DNA of 32,000 nt, taken from positions 60,001-92,000 of the forward strand of contig NC_008698.1 in NCBI RefSeq assembly GCF_000015225.1, read 5' to 3'. The notes below the pieces were generated by a model that did not search any database, was not told where the DNA came from, and saw nothing but the letters and a program-made list of their open reading frames with translations. Every line of letters begins with the position of its first letter. Position 1 is the first letter of the stretch. Positions 23,286 to 31,625 of the stretch are shown here, one piece after another. Position numbers and translations under genes: made by a program. Origin of the DNA: Thermofilum pendens Hrk 5 (GTDB lineage Archaea; Thermoproteota; Thermoprotei; Thermofilales; Thermofilaceae).

Positions 23286-23956
23286 ACGTTTTCACCCCGC
23301 TGGCTCTCGAAGAAGAGAGGGTTTAGCCTGACAACGACAAGGTTGCCTTTGAACGCGCTTAGCTCTTTTACTCTCTTCGCTATCTCGCTAATTATGAAGG
23401 CGGGATTCTCGCTAAGGAACTTCGCGGCTTTTTCGGGTTCCTCGGAGGAGGCCACCTTGAAGAAAACCTCCTTAACAACAGTTTCGGCGAGCAAGTTTGT
23501 AAAGCATACCTCCCCGTGCCTTACAAGGGAGCCTATCGCGTACCTTTTAGCCCACTCGTAGAGTTTACTCACCTTTGGAAGTAGCGCTTGCACCTTGTTT
23601 TCCACTTCGCTCGCAAGCTTCGACTCCTCTTCCTCCTTCAAAGCCAGCTTGACTCTCTGGCGCCACTTCCAAGCCCATACCTCAAACCACTCTGAGAGAG
23701 TTTTGTCCAGCTCCATCTCGTTGTTGAGGTACATGTCACGCAGTATCATTAAGACTGCGCCCTCGTAGCCCTCTTCGAAGATAACGTCTCTCTCAACGGC
23801 TATGTAGTTCAGGAAATCGGCGTATGCAACCTCCAGCATGTACTCTGCCTCTTGCTCGGACAAGTTGCCAAAGCTCCTGTAGAGATACACTCGCAGGAGC
23901 GCACGGTACTGCTTTTCCAGCTCGCCGCTCATCCAGTCCATTAAGCCCCACTTCAC
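23282..23956 (-). CDS. hypothetical protein (224 aa), first gene of the BFN-xerA operon
   Basis: ATG-initiated ORF overlapping the BFN start by 4 nt. Helical, W/E/K-rich (…EWFEVWAWKWRQRVKLALKEEEESK…). No family recognised. Confidence 0.6.
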   Translation of the reverse strand: MKWGLMDWMSGELEKQYRALLRVYLYRSFGNLSEQEAEYMLEVAYADFLNYIAVERDVIFEEGYEGAVLMILRDMYLNNEMELDKTLSEWFEVWAWKWRQRVKLALKEEEESKLASEVENKVQALLPKVSKLYEWAKRYAIGSLVRHGEVCFTNLLAETVVKEVFFKVASSEEPEKAAKFLSENPAFIISEIAKRVKELSAFKGNLVVVRLNPLFFESQRGENV

Positions 23957-24298
23957 GCCTAACTCTGGTTTAGAGATTACGCCGCTCGCGCCTAAAAGCT
24001 TAACGCGCGCGACATCAAAGGGCTCTCGGGCATGCGACTCACTCGTTTATGCACATGCTTTGTTCAGTACCCGTTCCCCCGCGTACACTCCGTTCTTTTT
24101 CACAACGAGCCGTTCCGCGCTCCTCGGGCCTCACGCGGAAATAGTCAAGGAAGTCTTCATGTACCTCCTAGATCCTCTCTTGTATAAGTGGAGCGCGTCA
24201 GTTGCGAGAAGACTCTTCACGAGGTTCAAGAGACCGTCGTTTCATCATCCACGAAGTTTTCTCTGCGATCGCTATTTAACTCTTCCGCTTCCCAAGGG

Positions 24299-24991
24299 TT
24301 ATAGCAGGGTGAAACGCGCGTCCGCGATCTTCACCCATTCCGACGACACGAATGTTGGGTTGAGGTCCATTTCCTTCACGTACTTAGCGATATCGGCGAA
24401 CATGCGCGACGCCTTGCTGAGAACCTCTGAGAGAGCATCTATGTTCGCCTTTGGAATCCCCCGGTAACCCTCGAGGATTTGGTAGCCTTTTATCCTCGTT
24501 ATCAGGTCGCGCGCCTCCTGAGGTGTTATCGGGGCTATGTCGAAGGCTACGTCTCGAAGTATCTCTACAAGCACTCCTCCGAGGCCGAACGCTATCACGG
24601 GCCCGAACTGCTCGTCCTTCAATCCGCCAATGATGACTTCGTGAGCGTTGGAGACCTGTTCCTGGACGATGAAGCCGTTAATCCTCGCGTTCGGGTTCTT
24701 CGCTTTCACGCTTCTCTTAATATCCTCGATAGCCTTAACAAGCTCCTCGCGCGACTTAATACCCGTCTTCACGCCCCCGTACTCCGTCTTGTGAACTATG
24801 TCCGGGGAGTCCACCTTTACTACGACGGGATAGCTCAACCCCAGAGCTTCAGGGACCTCCTCGTCGACCCCGATGAACCTGTAGCCCAGGAGCGGTAACC
24901 CGTAGTACTCGCACACAGCGAAAGCCTCTCCGAGGGACAGGTTCTTCCTGTTCTCGCTAAGCGCCTTCTCGAATATCTCCTCGACTGACAT
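24299..24991 (-). CDS. acdB: acetate--CoA ligase (ADP-forming) beta subunit (ATP-grasp domain)
   Basis: 230 aa. LSLGEAFAVCEYYGLPL, YPVVVKVDSPDIVHKTEYGGVKTGI, NGFIVQEQVSNAHEVIIGGLKDEQFGPVIAFGLGGVLVEILRDVAF, and EMDLNPTFV are typical of the archaeal ACD beta subunit. Confidence 0.88.
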   Translation of the reverse strand: MSVEEIFEKALSENRKNLSLGEAFAVCEYYGLPLLGYRFIGVDEEVPEALGLSYPVVVKVDSPDIVHKTEYGGVKTGIKSREELVKAIEDIKRSVKAKNPNARINGFIVQEQVSNAHEVIIGGLKDEQFGPVIAFGLGGVLVEILRDVAFDIAPITPQEARDLITRIKGYQILEGYRGIPKANIDALSEVLSKASRMFADIAKYVKEMDLNPTFVSSEWVKIADARFTLL

Positions 24992-24997
24992 CTGCCC

Positions 24998-26218
24998 TCA
25001 ACGCTTATAGTATAGCAGGACTTTCTTTAAAGCCTTTGCTGTATCGATTGCGTCCTCCTCGTCCATACCGGCGAGAGTCGGCAGCGTTATAACGCTTCTC
25101 GCCGCCATCTCCGCCTTGGGGGCTAACCCCTTCCTGTAACTTACGCTACCCCCGTAGAACGGGCATTTCCATGGGCACCCCTTGCCGTACCCGATCATCC
25201 TCTGGAAGAGCGGGTTCTCGTAAATGACCCTCGGGTAGGCGACGAGTGCGAGCACGTTCTCCGCTCTGAGGGCTTCGAGGACCCTGTCCCTGTCGACCCT
25301 TAGCTTCTCGAGGTTCAAAAGAACCTGGAAGATATGCCACGTATGCTTCACGTACGGCCTCACCTTCGGCAGTAATACCAGGTCCCCGTCGAGTCCTTGT
25401 AGCTCGTCGAGGTACACCTTGGCTATCCTCGCCCGGTTCTCGTTGAGCTGGTCTACTCTCTCCAGTTGCCCCAGCCCCAGGGCTCCCTGAAGCTCCGTCA
25501 TTCTGTAGTTCCACCCGAGGATAGAGTGGTAGTACTTCGCCTCCTGCCCCTGGTCTACGAACATTCTAGCATAGGCGTATACGTCGTCTCTGTTGGTCGT
25601 AACCATGCCCCCCTCTCCGGTCGTCATGTTCTTCGTCTGGTAGAAGCTGAAGGCGCCGACGTCCCCTATGCCGCCGACCTTTCTACCCCTGTACTCGCTC
25701 CCTATAGCCTGGGCGCAGTCCTCTATGACGTACAAGCCGTGCTCCCGGGCTATCTTCAGTATCTCGTCCATCTCCGCCGGGTAGCCAGCGAGGTGCACAA
25801 CGAGAATCGCCTTCGTCCTGCTAGTTATCTTGTCCACGATGGTCTCCGGGTCCAGGTTTAGGCTTTCCAGCTCTATGTCTCCAAACACGGGAATAGCGTT
25901 GTGGTGCAGTATCGCCGTCGCCGTTGCTACAAAGCTGAAGGGAGTTGTAATAACCTCGTCGCCTGGCCCTATGCCGAGGCTAGCTACCGCCGTGTGCAGG
26001 GCGGCAGTCCCGTTTATCGTTGCTACGGCATGCCTGACGCCAACGTACCTTGCGAACTCTTCTTCGAACCTTTTCACGTAGCTACCGGAAGAGTATACAA
26101 GCCTACCGGAGGACAAGGCGTCCAGCACAAGACTCTTCTCGCGCTCCGTGAAGGTCGGGTAGTACTCCTTAAACTTTTCCCGGACGGGCTTTCCGCCCTC
26201 GATAGCAGGTATTTCCAT
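24998..26218 (-). CDS. DegT/DnrJ/EryC1/StrS-family PLP-dependent sugar aminotransferase
   Basis: 406 aa. GDEVITTPFSFVATA, DVGAFSFYQTKNMTTGEGGMV (PLP-Lys), and GWNYRMTELQGALGLGQL. Confidence 0.92.
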   Translation of the reverse strand: MEIPAIEGGKPVREKFKEYYPTFTEREKSLVLDALSSGRLVYSSGSYVKRFEEEFARYVGVRHAVATINGTAALHTAVASLGIGPGDEVITTPFSFVATATAILHHNAIPVFGDIELESLNLDPETIVDKITSRTKAILVVHLAGYPAEMDEILKIAREHGLYVIEDCAQAIGSEYRGRKVGGIGDVGAFSFYQTKNMTTGEGGMVTTNRDDVYAYARMFVDQGQEAKYYHSILGWNYRMTELQGALGLGQLERVDQLNENRARIAKVYLDELQGLDGDLVLLPKVRPYVKHTWHIFQVLLNLEKLRVDRDRVLEALRAENVLALVAYPRVIYENPLFQRMIGYGKGCPWKCPFYGGSVSYRKGLAPKAEMAARSVITLPTLAGMDEEDAIDTAKALKKVLLYYKR

Positions 26219-26272
26219 GGACCTTCACAGTTGCCTGAGACTTTCTCTTATTTACCCTTTTCCATGAAAGTT

Positions 26273-27076
26273 TCACGTGAGCGAGGCTACCTTCCTTCCG
26301 GAACCGTCGAATATGTCTATCCTAACCATTCCTTTCAGCTTGCTACTCTCGAGCTTCGGTAGAAGTACTCTTTCGACCTGGAAGAAACCTGCCATGTCGC
26401 CCATGTAGACCTCTACCACTATCGGGACCTGCTCGCTACACGTAAGCTCTACGCGTTTAACGTTGAGCGCAGAGAGTGAGTGCATGTCTATCTTGCCGAG
26501 CTTGTAGGAGAGCCTAGCCCTCCCCTCCGACATGTCCAGGCCGTCTGCCAGCTTGACTATACTCGCCTCCACGGTTAGAGGTTTCGTGTTCATCTCCGTC
26601 GAGAAGATAGCCGAGAGAACCTCCTGCCTGAGGAAAACCCTTCTCCTAGTCTCCATCTCGGGGAACGTGTACCTCAACGCCCTATCCACTATGTCCTTTG
26701 CGAGAAGACTCCCCGTGGCCTCGTGGTACTCCCTGTGTATAGAGTTGCCTATGTCGTGGAGGTAGCTCGCGGCAACGAGTATGAACTTCACTTCGTCGAG
26801 GCTTCTCGCCGTGCCGTGCTTCAGGGACGAAAGCTCCACGCTACTCCTCGTGAGCATGCTCAGTATTTCCAGCGAGGTCCCGGCTACTATTCTCGCGTGG
26901 ACGGGGCCGTGGTCGTTGTAGCCGAGCCTCTGCACAGCGTTTATATTGCTCATCTCGAGGAGCGCGGCTACCTCTTCATCGCTTTCGAGGTAGTCTACTA
27001 GGCGCGCCACGAAAGCGTCGGCTTTCTTCCACTTCTCGATGATGCTTTTCGAGACTAGAGTCTTCCCTTCGCACAT
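26273..27076 (-). CDS. HD-domain metal-dependent phosphohydrolase
   Basis: HGPVHARIVAG (His) and LVAASYLHDIGNSIHREYHE (HD dyad), followed by KLADGLD. Confidence 0.8.
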   Translation of the reverse strand: MCEGKTLVSKSIIEKWKKADAFVARLVDYLESDEEVAALLEMSNINAVQRLGYNDHGPVHARIVAGTSLEILSMLTRSSVELSSLKHGTARSLDEVKFILVAASYLHDIGNSIHREYHEATGSLLAKDIVDRALRYTFPEMETRRRVFLRQEVLSAIFSTEMNTKPLTVEASIVKLADGLDMSEGRARLSYKLGKIDMHSLSALNVKRVELTCSEQVPIVVEVYMGDMAGFFQVERVLLPKLESSKLKGMVRIDIFDGSGRKVASLT

Positions 27077-27168
27077 TGCGAACCTTTTAACTGCTCACAG
27101 CGAAAGAAAAACGTTTCGTTTCAAGCTTCTACGACGCGCTGAACCCGTCTACCGCCGAGCTTTGCGGG

Positions 27169-28485
27169 CTAAAGCGTTCTCTTGTAGGCTTTGAATGCTT
27201 TGATGCCCGGGTACCTCGCCCTCCCGCCCAGGTATTCCTCTATCCTCAGCAACTCGTTGTACTTCGCGTTTCGCTCGCTCCGCGCCGGTGCACCAGTCTT
27301 TATCTGTCCGGCGTTCAAGGCCACGGCTATGTGCGATATCGTGACGTCCTCTGTTTCACCGCTCCTGTGGCTAACGATCACGGAGTAGTTGTTCTCCAGA
27401 GCCATTCTTGCCGCGCTGAGAGCCTCGGTCAACGTTCCTATCTGGTTTACCTTGAGCAGGAGAGCGTTCGCCGCTCCCGCCTCGATCCCCCTTCTAAGCC
27501 TCTCCACGTTCGTCACGAAGAGGTCGTCGCCAACCACCTGTATCTTCAGAGACCTCGTTACCTCTGCAAAGCCTTCGAAGTCCTCCTCGTACAAGGGGTC
27601 CTCTATGGAGACTATCGGATACTCTTCTACGAGGGACTCGTAGAACTCGATGAGCTTCTCCCGCGTCAGCTCGGCCCCGTCTATCGCGTAGACGCCCCTC
27701 TTCTCGTCGTAAAACTCTGATGCTGCTGCGTCTAACGCGAGAACAACGTCTCTCCCCGGCTCGTAACCCGCATTCTTCACCGCGTGGATCAGCGCGTCCA
27801 GCGCCTCGCGCGTACGACTCATTGGCGGTGCAAAGCCCCCCTCGTCCCCGACGTTGATAGCGCTGACTCCGTACTTCTCCTTGAGGTAGCCCCTCAGCGA
27901 ATGGTAGACCTCGCTACCTATAGCTAAAGCCTCCGAGAACGAACTAGCACCCACGGGAACTATCAGGAACTCCTGGATCTTTAGCTCGTTCCCGGCGTGT
28001 TTACCACCGTTTATGATGTTCATTAGGGGTACCGGGAGCGTGGACGCAAGGGCGCCGCCGAGATACTGAAACAGCGGGAGCCCGTACGTGTCCGCCGCAG
28101 CATGCGCGACTGCCAGCGAGACGGAGAGAATGGCGTTCGCCCCAAGCCTAGACTTGTTGGGTGTCCCGTCGAGGCTTATCATCTTCGAGTCTATTTCCTC
28201 CTGCTTCCTGCTATCCTCCCCCAAAATCTCCGGGGCTATGATCTTGTTCACGTTTTCGACCGCCTTGCTAACCCCTTTCCCGTGGAACCTCTTGCCGCCG
28301 TCCCGAAGCTCCAGCGCTTCATGAGTCCCTGTGGAGGCACCTGAAGGTACTATCGCGGACCCGTAGCCCCCTGCAAAGGTGCGCACTTCTGCCTCCACGG
28401 TGGGGTTTCCGCGAGAATCCAGCACCCATCTGGCCTTGACGTGCGTTATCGAAAACTCGTCTTCCATGTTGTACCGCATGGTCAT
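27169..28485 (-). CDS. eno: enolase (phosphopyruvate hydratase)
   Basis: [65 protein letters not shown], and [16 protein letters not shown]. The start could alternatively be the ATG at 28467. Confidence 0.96.
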   Translation of the reverse strand: MTMRYNMEDEFSITHVKARWVLDSRGNPTVEAEVRTFAGGYGSAIVPSGASTGTHEALELRDGGKRFHGKGVSKAVENVNKIIAPEILGEDSRKQEEIDSKMISLDGTPNKSRLGANAILSVSLAVAHAAADTYGLPLFQYLGGALASTLPVPLMNIINGGKHAGNELKIQEFLIVPVGASSFSEALAIGSEVYHSLRGYLKEKYGVSAINVGDEGGFAPPMSRTREALDALIHAVKNAGYEPGRDVVLALDAAASEFYDEKRGVYAIDGAELTREKLIEFYESLVEEYPIVSIEDPLYEEDFEGFAEVTRSLKIQVVGDDLFVTNVERLRRGIEAGAANALLLKVNQIGTLTEALSAARMALENNYSVIVSHRSGETEDVTISHIAVALNAGQIKTGAPARSERNAKYNELLRIEEYLGGRARYPGIKAFKAYKRTL

Positions 28486-28617
28486 CGCTTATCCCCGTGT
28501 AAGCTCGTATTTACGAGGAATCTATTAACTTTTGTTATTTATCAACGAGTTGTCATTTTACCGTGGAGGATAGAGGTAAAGCATAAATGCTCCCAAAGGT
28601 ACGCTAGACCGATAAGC

Positions 28618-29382
28618 ATGCCTCAGAACTTCGGCGTAGTTCTCTGTGGGGGAGAGGGGAAGAGGCTTAGACCTCTCACCTACTATTTTCAGAAGGCGAT
28701 GATCCCCGTAGGTACGCAGCAAAAACCGCTCCTCGAGTACATCGTTAGGCTACTAGCGTATCACGGGCTACGCAGGATAATACTGTTAGTCGGGTACAAG
28801 GGGCAACAGATAGTGAACTATTTCAACAGCGGCGAGAGGTACGGCGTTAACATCAGCTACGTGTGGGACGACCCAAACTACGGCGGGAACGGGGGCGCGC
28901 TCTTCAACGCCTACGTCAGAGGCTTCTTCGAAGGGTCAGACAACATACTAGTGTACTATGGGGACATCCTGTCCGACATTAATCTCTCGGATTTTCTATC
29001 GTTCCACGAGAGAGGACAGTACGCTGCGACCCTCGCTCTCTCGCCTAACTACAGGGTGGCGGTGGGAGTCGCGGAGCTAGACGGAGACAGAGTGGTTAAG
29101 CTGGTCGAGAAGCCCCCTCTAGGTAAGCCCGTGACTATAGGCGTTGTCGCGATACGAACGAAGGCGCTCGAGTATCTCCGGGAGCTAGTCGAGGAGAAGA
29201 GGGAGGTAGACATAATGGGAGACTTCATCAGGGTTCTACTCGAGCGTGGGCTCAAGGTTGGCGGCTACCTCACTAACTCTTTCTGGTTCGACTTAGGCAC
29301 TACGGAGGCTTACGAGAAGCTTGACCCCGTGGAGGTCGATAGGAGGTTTTCCTTCCTATTCCAATCTCGAGAATCCCCTTAA
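28618..29382 (+). CDS. sugar-phosphate nucleotidyltransferase (glucose-1-phosphate thymidylyl/uridylyltransferase-like, 254 aa)
   Basis: GVVLCGGEGKRLRPLTYYFQKAMIPV (GxGxRLxPLT...K), VYYGDIL, EKP, and FWFDLGT. The track ORF starts at 28441, but its first 59 residues are antisense to the enolase start and intergenic DNA. The ATG at 28618 lies about 30 nt after an ATAAAT element. Confidence 0.88.
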   Translation: MPQNFGVVLCGGEGKRLRPLTYYFQKAMIPVGTQQKPLLEYIVRLLAYHGLRRIILLVGYKGQQIVNYFNSGERYGVNISYVWDDPNYGGNGGALFNAYVRGFFEGSDNILVYYGDILSDINLSDFLSFHERGQYAATLALSPNYRVAVGVAELDGDRVVKLVEKPPLGKPVTIGVVAIRTKALEYLRELVEEKREVDIMGDFIRVLLERGLKVGGYLTNSFWFDLGTTEAYEKLDPVEVDRRFSFLFQSRESP

Positions 29383-30499
29383 TAGGCGTTTTCTCCCCTT
29401 TCAGTATCTTCTCTAAGAGGAACCTCGGGAAGAGAGCCGTTAGCACTGCTACGTGGTCGAAGTGTTCGTAGAGAAAGTCTACCAGCACGCGGTAGGCACG
29501 CCCTATCGAGAGTACCTGCCCTATCTCCCTCCAGGACCTCTCGTCGTAGATCCCGGGGTTCCCCAGCCAGACGCTCTCCGCCGCGAGAATCCCTAGAGCC
29601 ATCGCTGTGAATATCCCGCCCCCGTTAATGGGGTTAACCGCCCCCAAAGAGTCACCGGCGAAAAGCACTTTCCCCGTCGAAGGCTCCGAGTAGAAGCCGC
29701 TTACGGGGATCATCCTAGAGCGAGGCTCTTCGAGCTGCCTGGAGGAGTCTAGGAAGCCCCGCCTTTCCAGCTCCACGAAGCTGGTGAGAGCCTTTAAGGG
29801 GTTAGCCCCTTTCTTCACGTAGTTGAAGCGCAGACCTATGCCGACGTTCGATAAGCCGTCTCCAACCGGTATTATCCATGCGTAACCTCCTTGGGTAAAG
29901 CTGGAAGCGTACATGAAGATGGTATCTCTGGGCATGCTCGGAGTCTCCATCTTCAGGTTGACCCCCACGGCGTAGTCCTCCGGTTGCAGGCCTGCTGGGA
30001 GTCCTAGAAGTCTCCTCGTAGCTGAAGGAAAACCATCCGCGGCTATCACGTAGCTCGCCGAGAACTCTTTACCCCTCCTCGTCTTCACCAGGTAGGCGTC
30101 TCCGACGCGCCTGATTCCAACAACGTCGCTACCCGTTACGTAGTCAGACCCCTCGATCAGCTTGCTCACCATCTCCTTTCTACTCACTGTGAATCCTGGG
30201 ATTTCGAGGTTGTAAGTCTTCCCGCCGGCAAAGCTGAGTATGATTCTGCGTATAGCGTTCGTACGCCTAGCCAGCCCTATGTACTCGTAGGCTTTTCTCA
30301 CAGAGGGAAACCTGGAGATGAACTCTATCGCGGAGGGCTCTGGAAGGAACTCTCCGCAGACAGCCGGCTCTTCTGGAGCCTTCTTCCTCTCGATACCTAC
30401 AGCCTTGATCCCCAGTTCCTGTAGTCTCTTGAGAGCCGCCGCCCCGGCGGGTCCTAGCCCTATCACTACTGCCTCGTACCTTCCCTCTATAAGGCCCAC
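29300..30499 (-). CDS. geranylgeranyl reductase-family FAD-dependent oxidoreductase
   Basis: YEAVVIGLGPAGAAAL (GxGxxG dinucleotide fold), VCGEFL shortly afterwards (the GGR-family Cys-Gly-Glu/Gly motif), VIAADGFPS, and FAGDSLGAVNPINGGGI. Confidence 0.85.
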   Translation of the reverse strand: MGLIEGRYEAVVIGLGPAGAAALKRLQELGIKAVGIERKKAPEEPAVCGEFLPEPSAIEFISRFPSVRKAYEYIGLARRTNAIRRIILSFAGGKTYNLEIPGFTVSRKEMVSKLIEGSDYVTGSDVVGIRRVGDAYLVKTRRGKEFSASYVIAADGFPSATRRLLGLPAGLQPEDYAVGVNLKMETPSMPRDTIFMYASSFTQGGYAWIIPVGDGLSNVGIGLRFNYVKKGANPLKALTSFVELERRGFLDSSRQLEEPRSRMIPVSGFYSEPSTGKVLFAGDSLGAVNPINGGGIFTAMALGILAAESVWLGNPGIYDERSWREIGQVLSIGRAYRVLVDFLYEHFDHVAVLTALFPRFLLEKILKGEKTPIKGILEIGIGRKTSYRPPRGQASRKPP

Positions 30500-30517
30500 C
30501 CGCGTGCCTACACTACC

Positions 30518-30874
30518 TTAAGGGAGACAGACCTTCTCCCTACCGAGCACCCTGATAGCCGTCTGTATAACGTTGAGAGACTTCTCCAGTATCTCCTTCA
30601 GGAACTCGTAACCCTGCGGAGTAAGCGAGTAGACTTTCTTGTCACGGCTCCCCGCCTCCCTAGACGTTACAAGGCCAGCGTTTTCAAGGTTTCGGAGAAA
30701 TGGGTATATCTGCGATGGTCCAATGGGTGCTTCGATCATCTGTTCCAGCGTTCGCATAAGCTCGTAGCCATGCTTCTCGCCTTCCGCCAGCAGTATGAGA
30801 GTGTAGAGCTTAATGACTGTGTTCACCCGGATTTTTTCGCGTTTAAGCCTGACTTCCTTAGAGTTTTGAGCCAT
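30518..30874 (-). CDS. PadR-family transcriptional regulator
   Basis: ILLAEGEKHGYELMRTLEQMIEAPIGPSQIYPFLRNLENAGLVTSREAGSRDKKVYSLTPQGYEFL is the canonical PadR winged helix. Confidence 0.88.
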   Translation of the reverse strand: MAQNSKEVRLKREKIRVNTVIKLYTLILLAEGEKHGYELMRTLEQMIEAPIGPSQIYPFLRNLENAGLVTSREAGSRDKKVYSLTPQGYEFLKEILEKSLNVIQTAIRVLGREKVCLP

Positions 30875-30902
30875 GGTTAGTCCTGGAGGGTATCAAGCAT
30901 AA

Positions 30903-30914
30903 CTATATATAAAT
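30903..30914 (-). promoter_or_regulatory. TATA box candidate (minus strand ATTTATATATAG) for the padR-GGR unit, bracketed by an inverted repeat
   Basis: Lies 29-40 nt upstream of the padR ATG at 30874. Flanked by AAGCAT (30895-30900) and ATGCTT (30913-30918). Confidence 0.45.
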
Positions 30915-30941
30915 GCTTTACTACACTGCTCGATAGGCTTT

Positions 30942-31625
30942 TTACCCACGAGGATTTACTGGCAGGTATACGATGGCCAGAGAGCCAAACCCCTTGCTAA
31001 CGAGCACCTTTCCGCCCATCCTTTCAAAGAGAGAGGCTCTGGGCATGATCCTAATTGTTGGGTATAGGAGCCTCCACCCCTTGCCTTTACCCCTAGATAC
31101 TAGGAACGCGAGTAGAGGCGCGATGAACAAGACATAGGCGTAGAGGAAGGGCCTAAACCACGTGGAGGGGTTGAAAATCTCCACTATAAACACGCCTATT
31201 CTAGAAGCTCTCTTCATCTCAGAGAGCCCTCTAGGTTTGTCCAAGAAGTCCCTGAAGCTGAACATCGCGGTGGAGAACTCTACGCTTTTACTGCGTAGCG
31301 GGAGGTACTCCGCGATAGCCTTCACTACGTGTAGTCTGGGATCGCTCTCTGACCCTTTACGTGCGAGGGGGTCGACGCACACTACTTCCTGGGCGTTTTC
31401 CAGCAAGGGTAGCGAGTAGTAACCGTCGCCACAGCCCACATCCAGTACCCTGCCCCTAGCGAGGTTATAGACTATGCCTCTAAGCTTTCTGTCGAGCCCC
31501 AGGCTCATCGCGAAGTTAGTCGGCGAGTAGACTCCACTCTCGAAAAGCTTGTCCAGCGTTTCCAAAACCTTGCTCCACAGCTTGCCTTCAAGTCCTCTGA
31601 AACTTTCCGACCCCATGTTTCCCAC
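30942..31625 (-). CDS. class I SAM-dependent methyltransferase, UbiE/MenG-like, with a C-terminal membrane helix
   Basis: Motif I RVLDVGCGDGYY, post-I VVCVDP, and an N-terminal YSPTNFAMSLGLDRKLRG resembling the UbiE YDxxNxxxSxGxxxxWR block. Hydrophobic helix FLYAYVLFIAPLLAFLV near the C-terminus. Confidence 0.8.
   Translation of the reverse strand: MGNMGSESFRGLEGKLWSKVLETLDKLFESGVYSPTNFAMSLGLDRKLRGIVYNLARGRVLDVGCGDGYYSLPLLENAQEVVCVDPLARKGSESDPRLHVVKAIAEYLPLRSKSVEFSTAMFSFRDFLDKPRGLSEMKRASRIGVFIVEIFNPSTWFRPFLYAYVLFIAPLLAFLVSRGKGKGWRLLYPTIRIMPRASLFERMGGKVLVSKGFGSLAIVYLPVNPRG

Noticed and set aside
23957-24298. RNase P RNA, SRP RNA or H/ACA sRNA in the long spacer
   Set aside because: I found no CR-I-like GAGGAAAGTCC, no SRP-like conserved helix 8 motifs and no correctly placed ACA box next to a pocket-forming hairpin. 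It is kept only as an unclassified ncRNA/leader candidate in the findings.
24060-24467. 135-aa plus-strand ORF spanning the 342-nt gap and the acdB 3' end
   Set aside because: Its second half is antisense to acdB. The translation (MFSTRSPAYTPFFFTTSRSALLGPH...) is S/T/F/R-rich with no motif and no promoter-like element upstream.
25146-25861. 122-aa (minus) and 131-aa (plus) ORFs within the DegT gene
   Set aside because: They are alternative-frame and antisense ORFs inside a strongly supported aminotransferase gene, with R/G/P-rich or otherwise implausible sequences.
28441-28617. 59-residue N-terminal extension of the nucleotidyltransferase ORF
   Set aside because: The extension is antisense to the enolase start and crosses the AT-rich promoter spacer. 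The family N-terminus (GVVLCGGEGKRLRPLT) begins right after the ATG at 28618.
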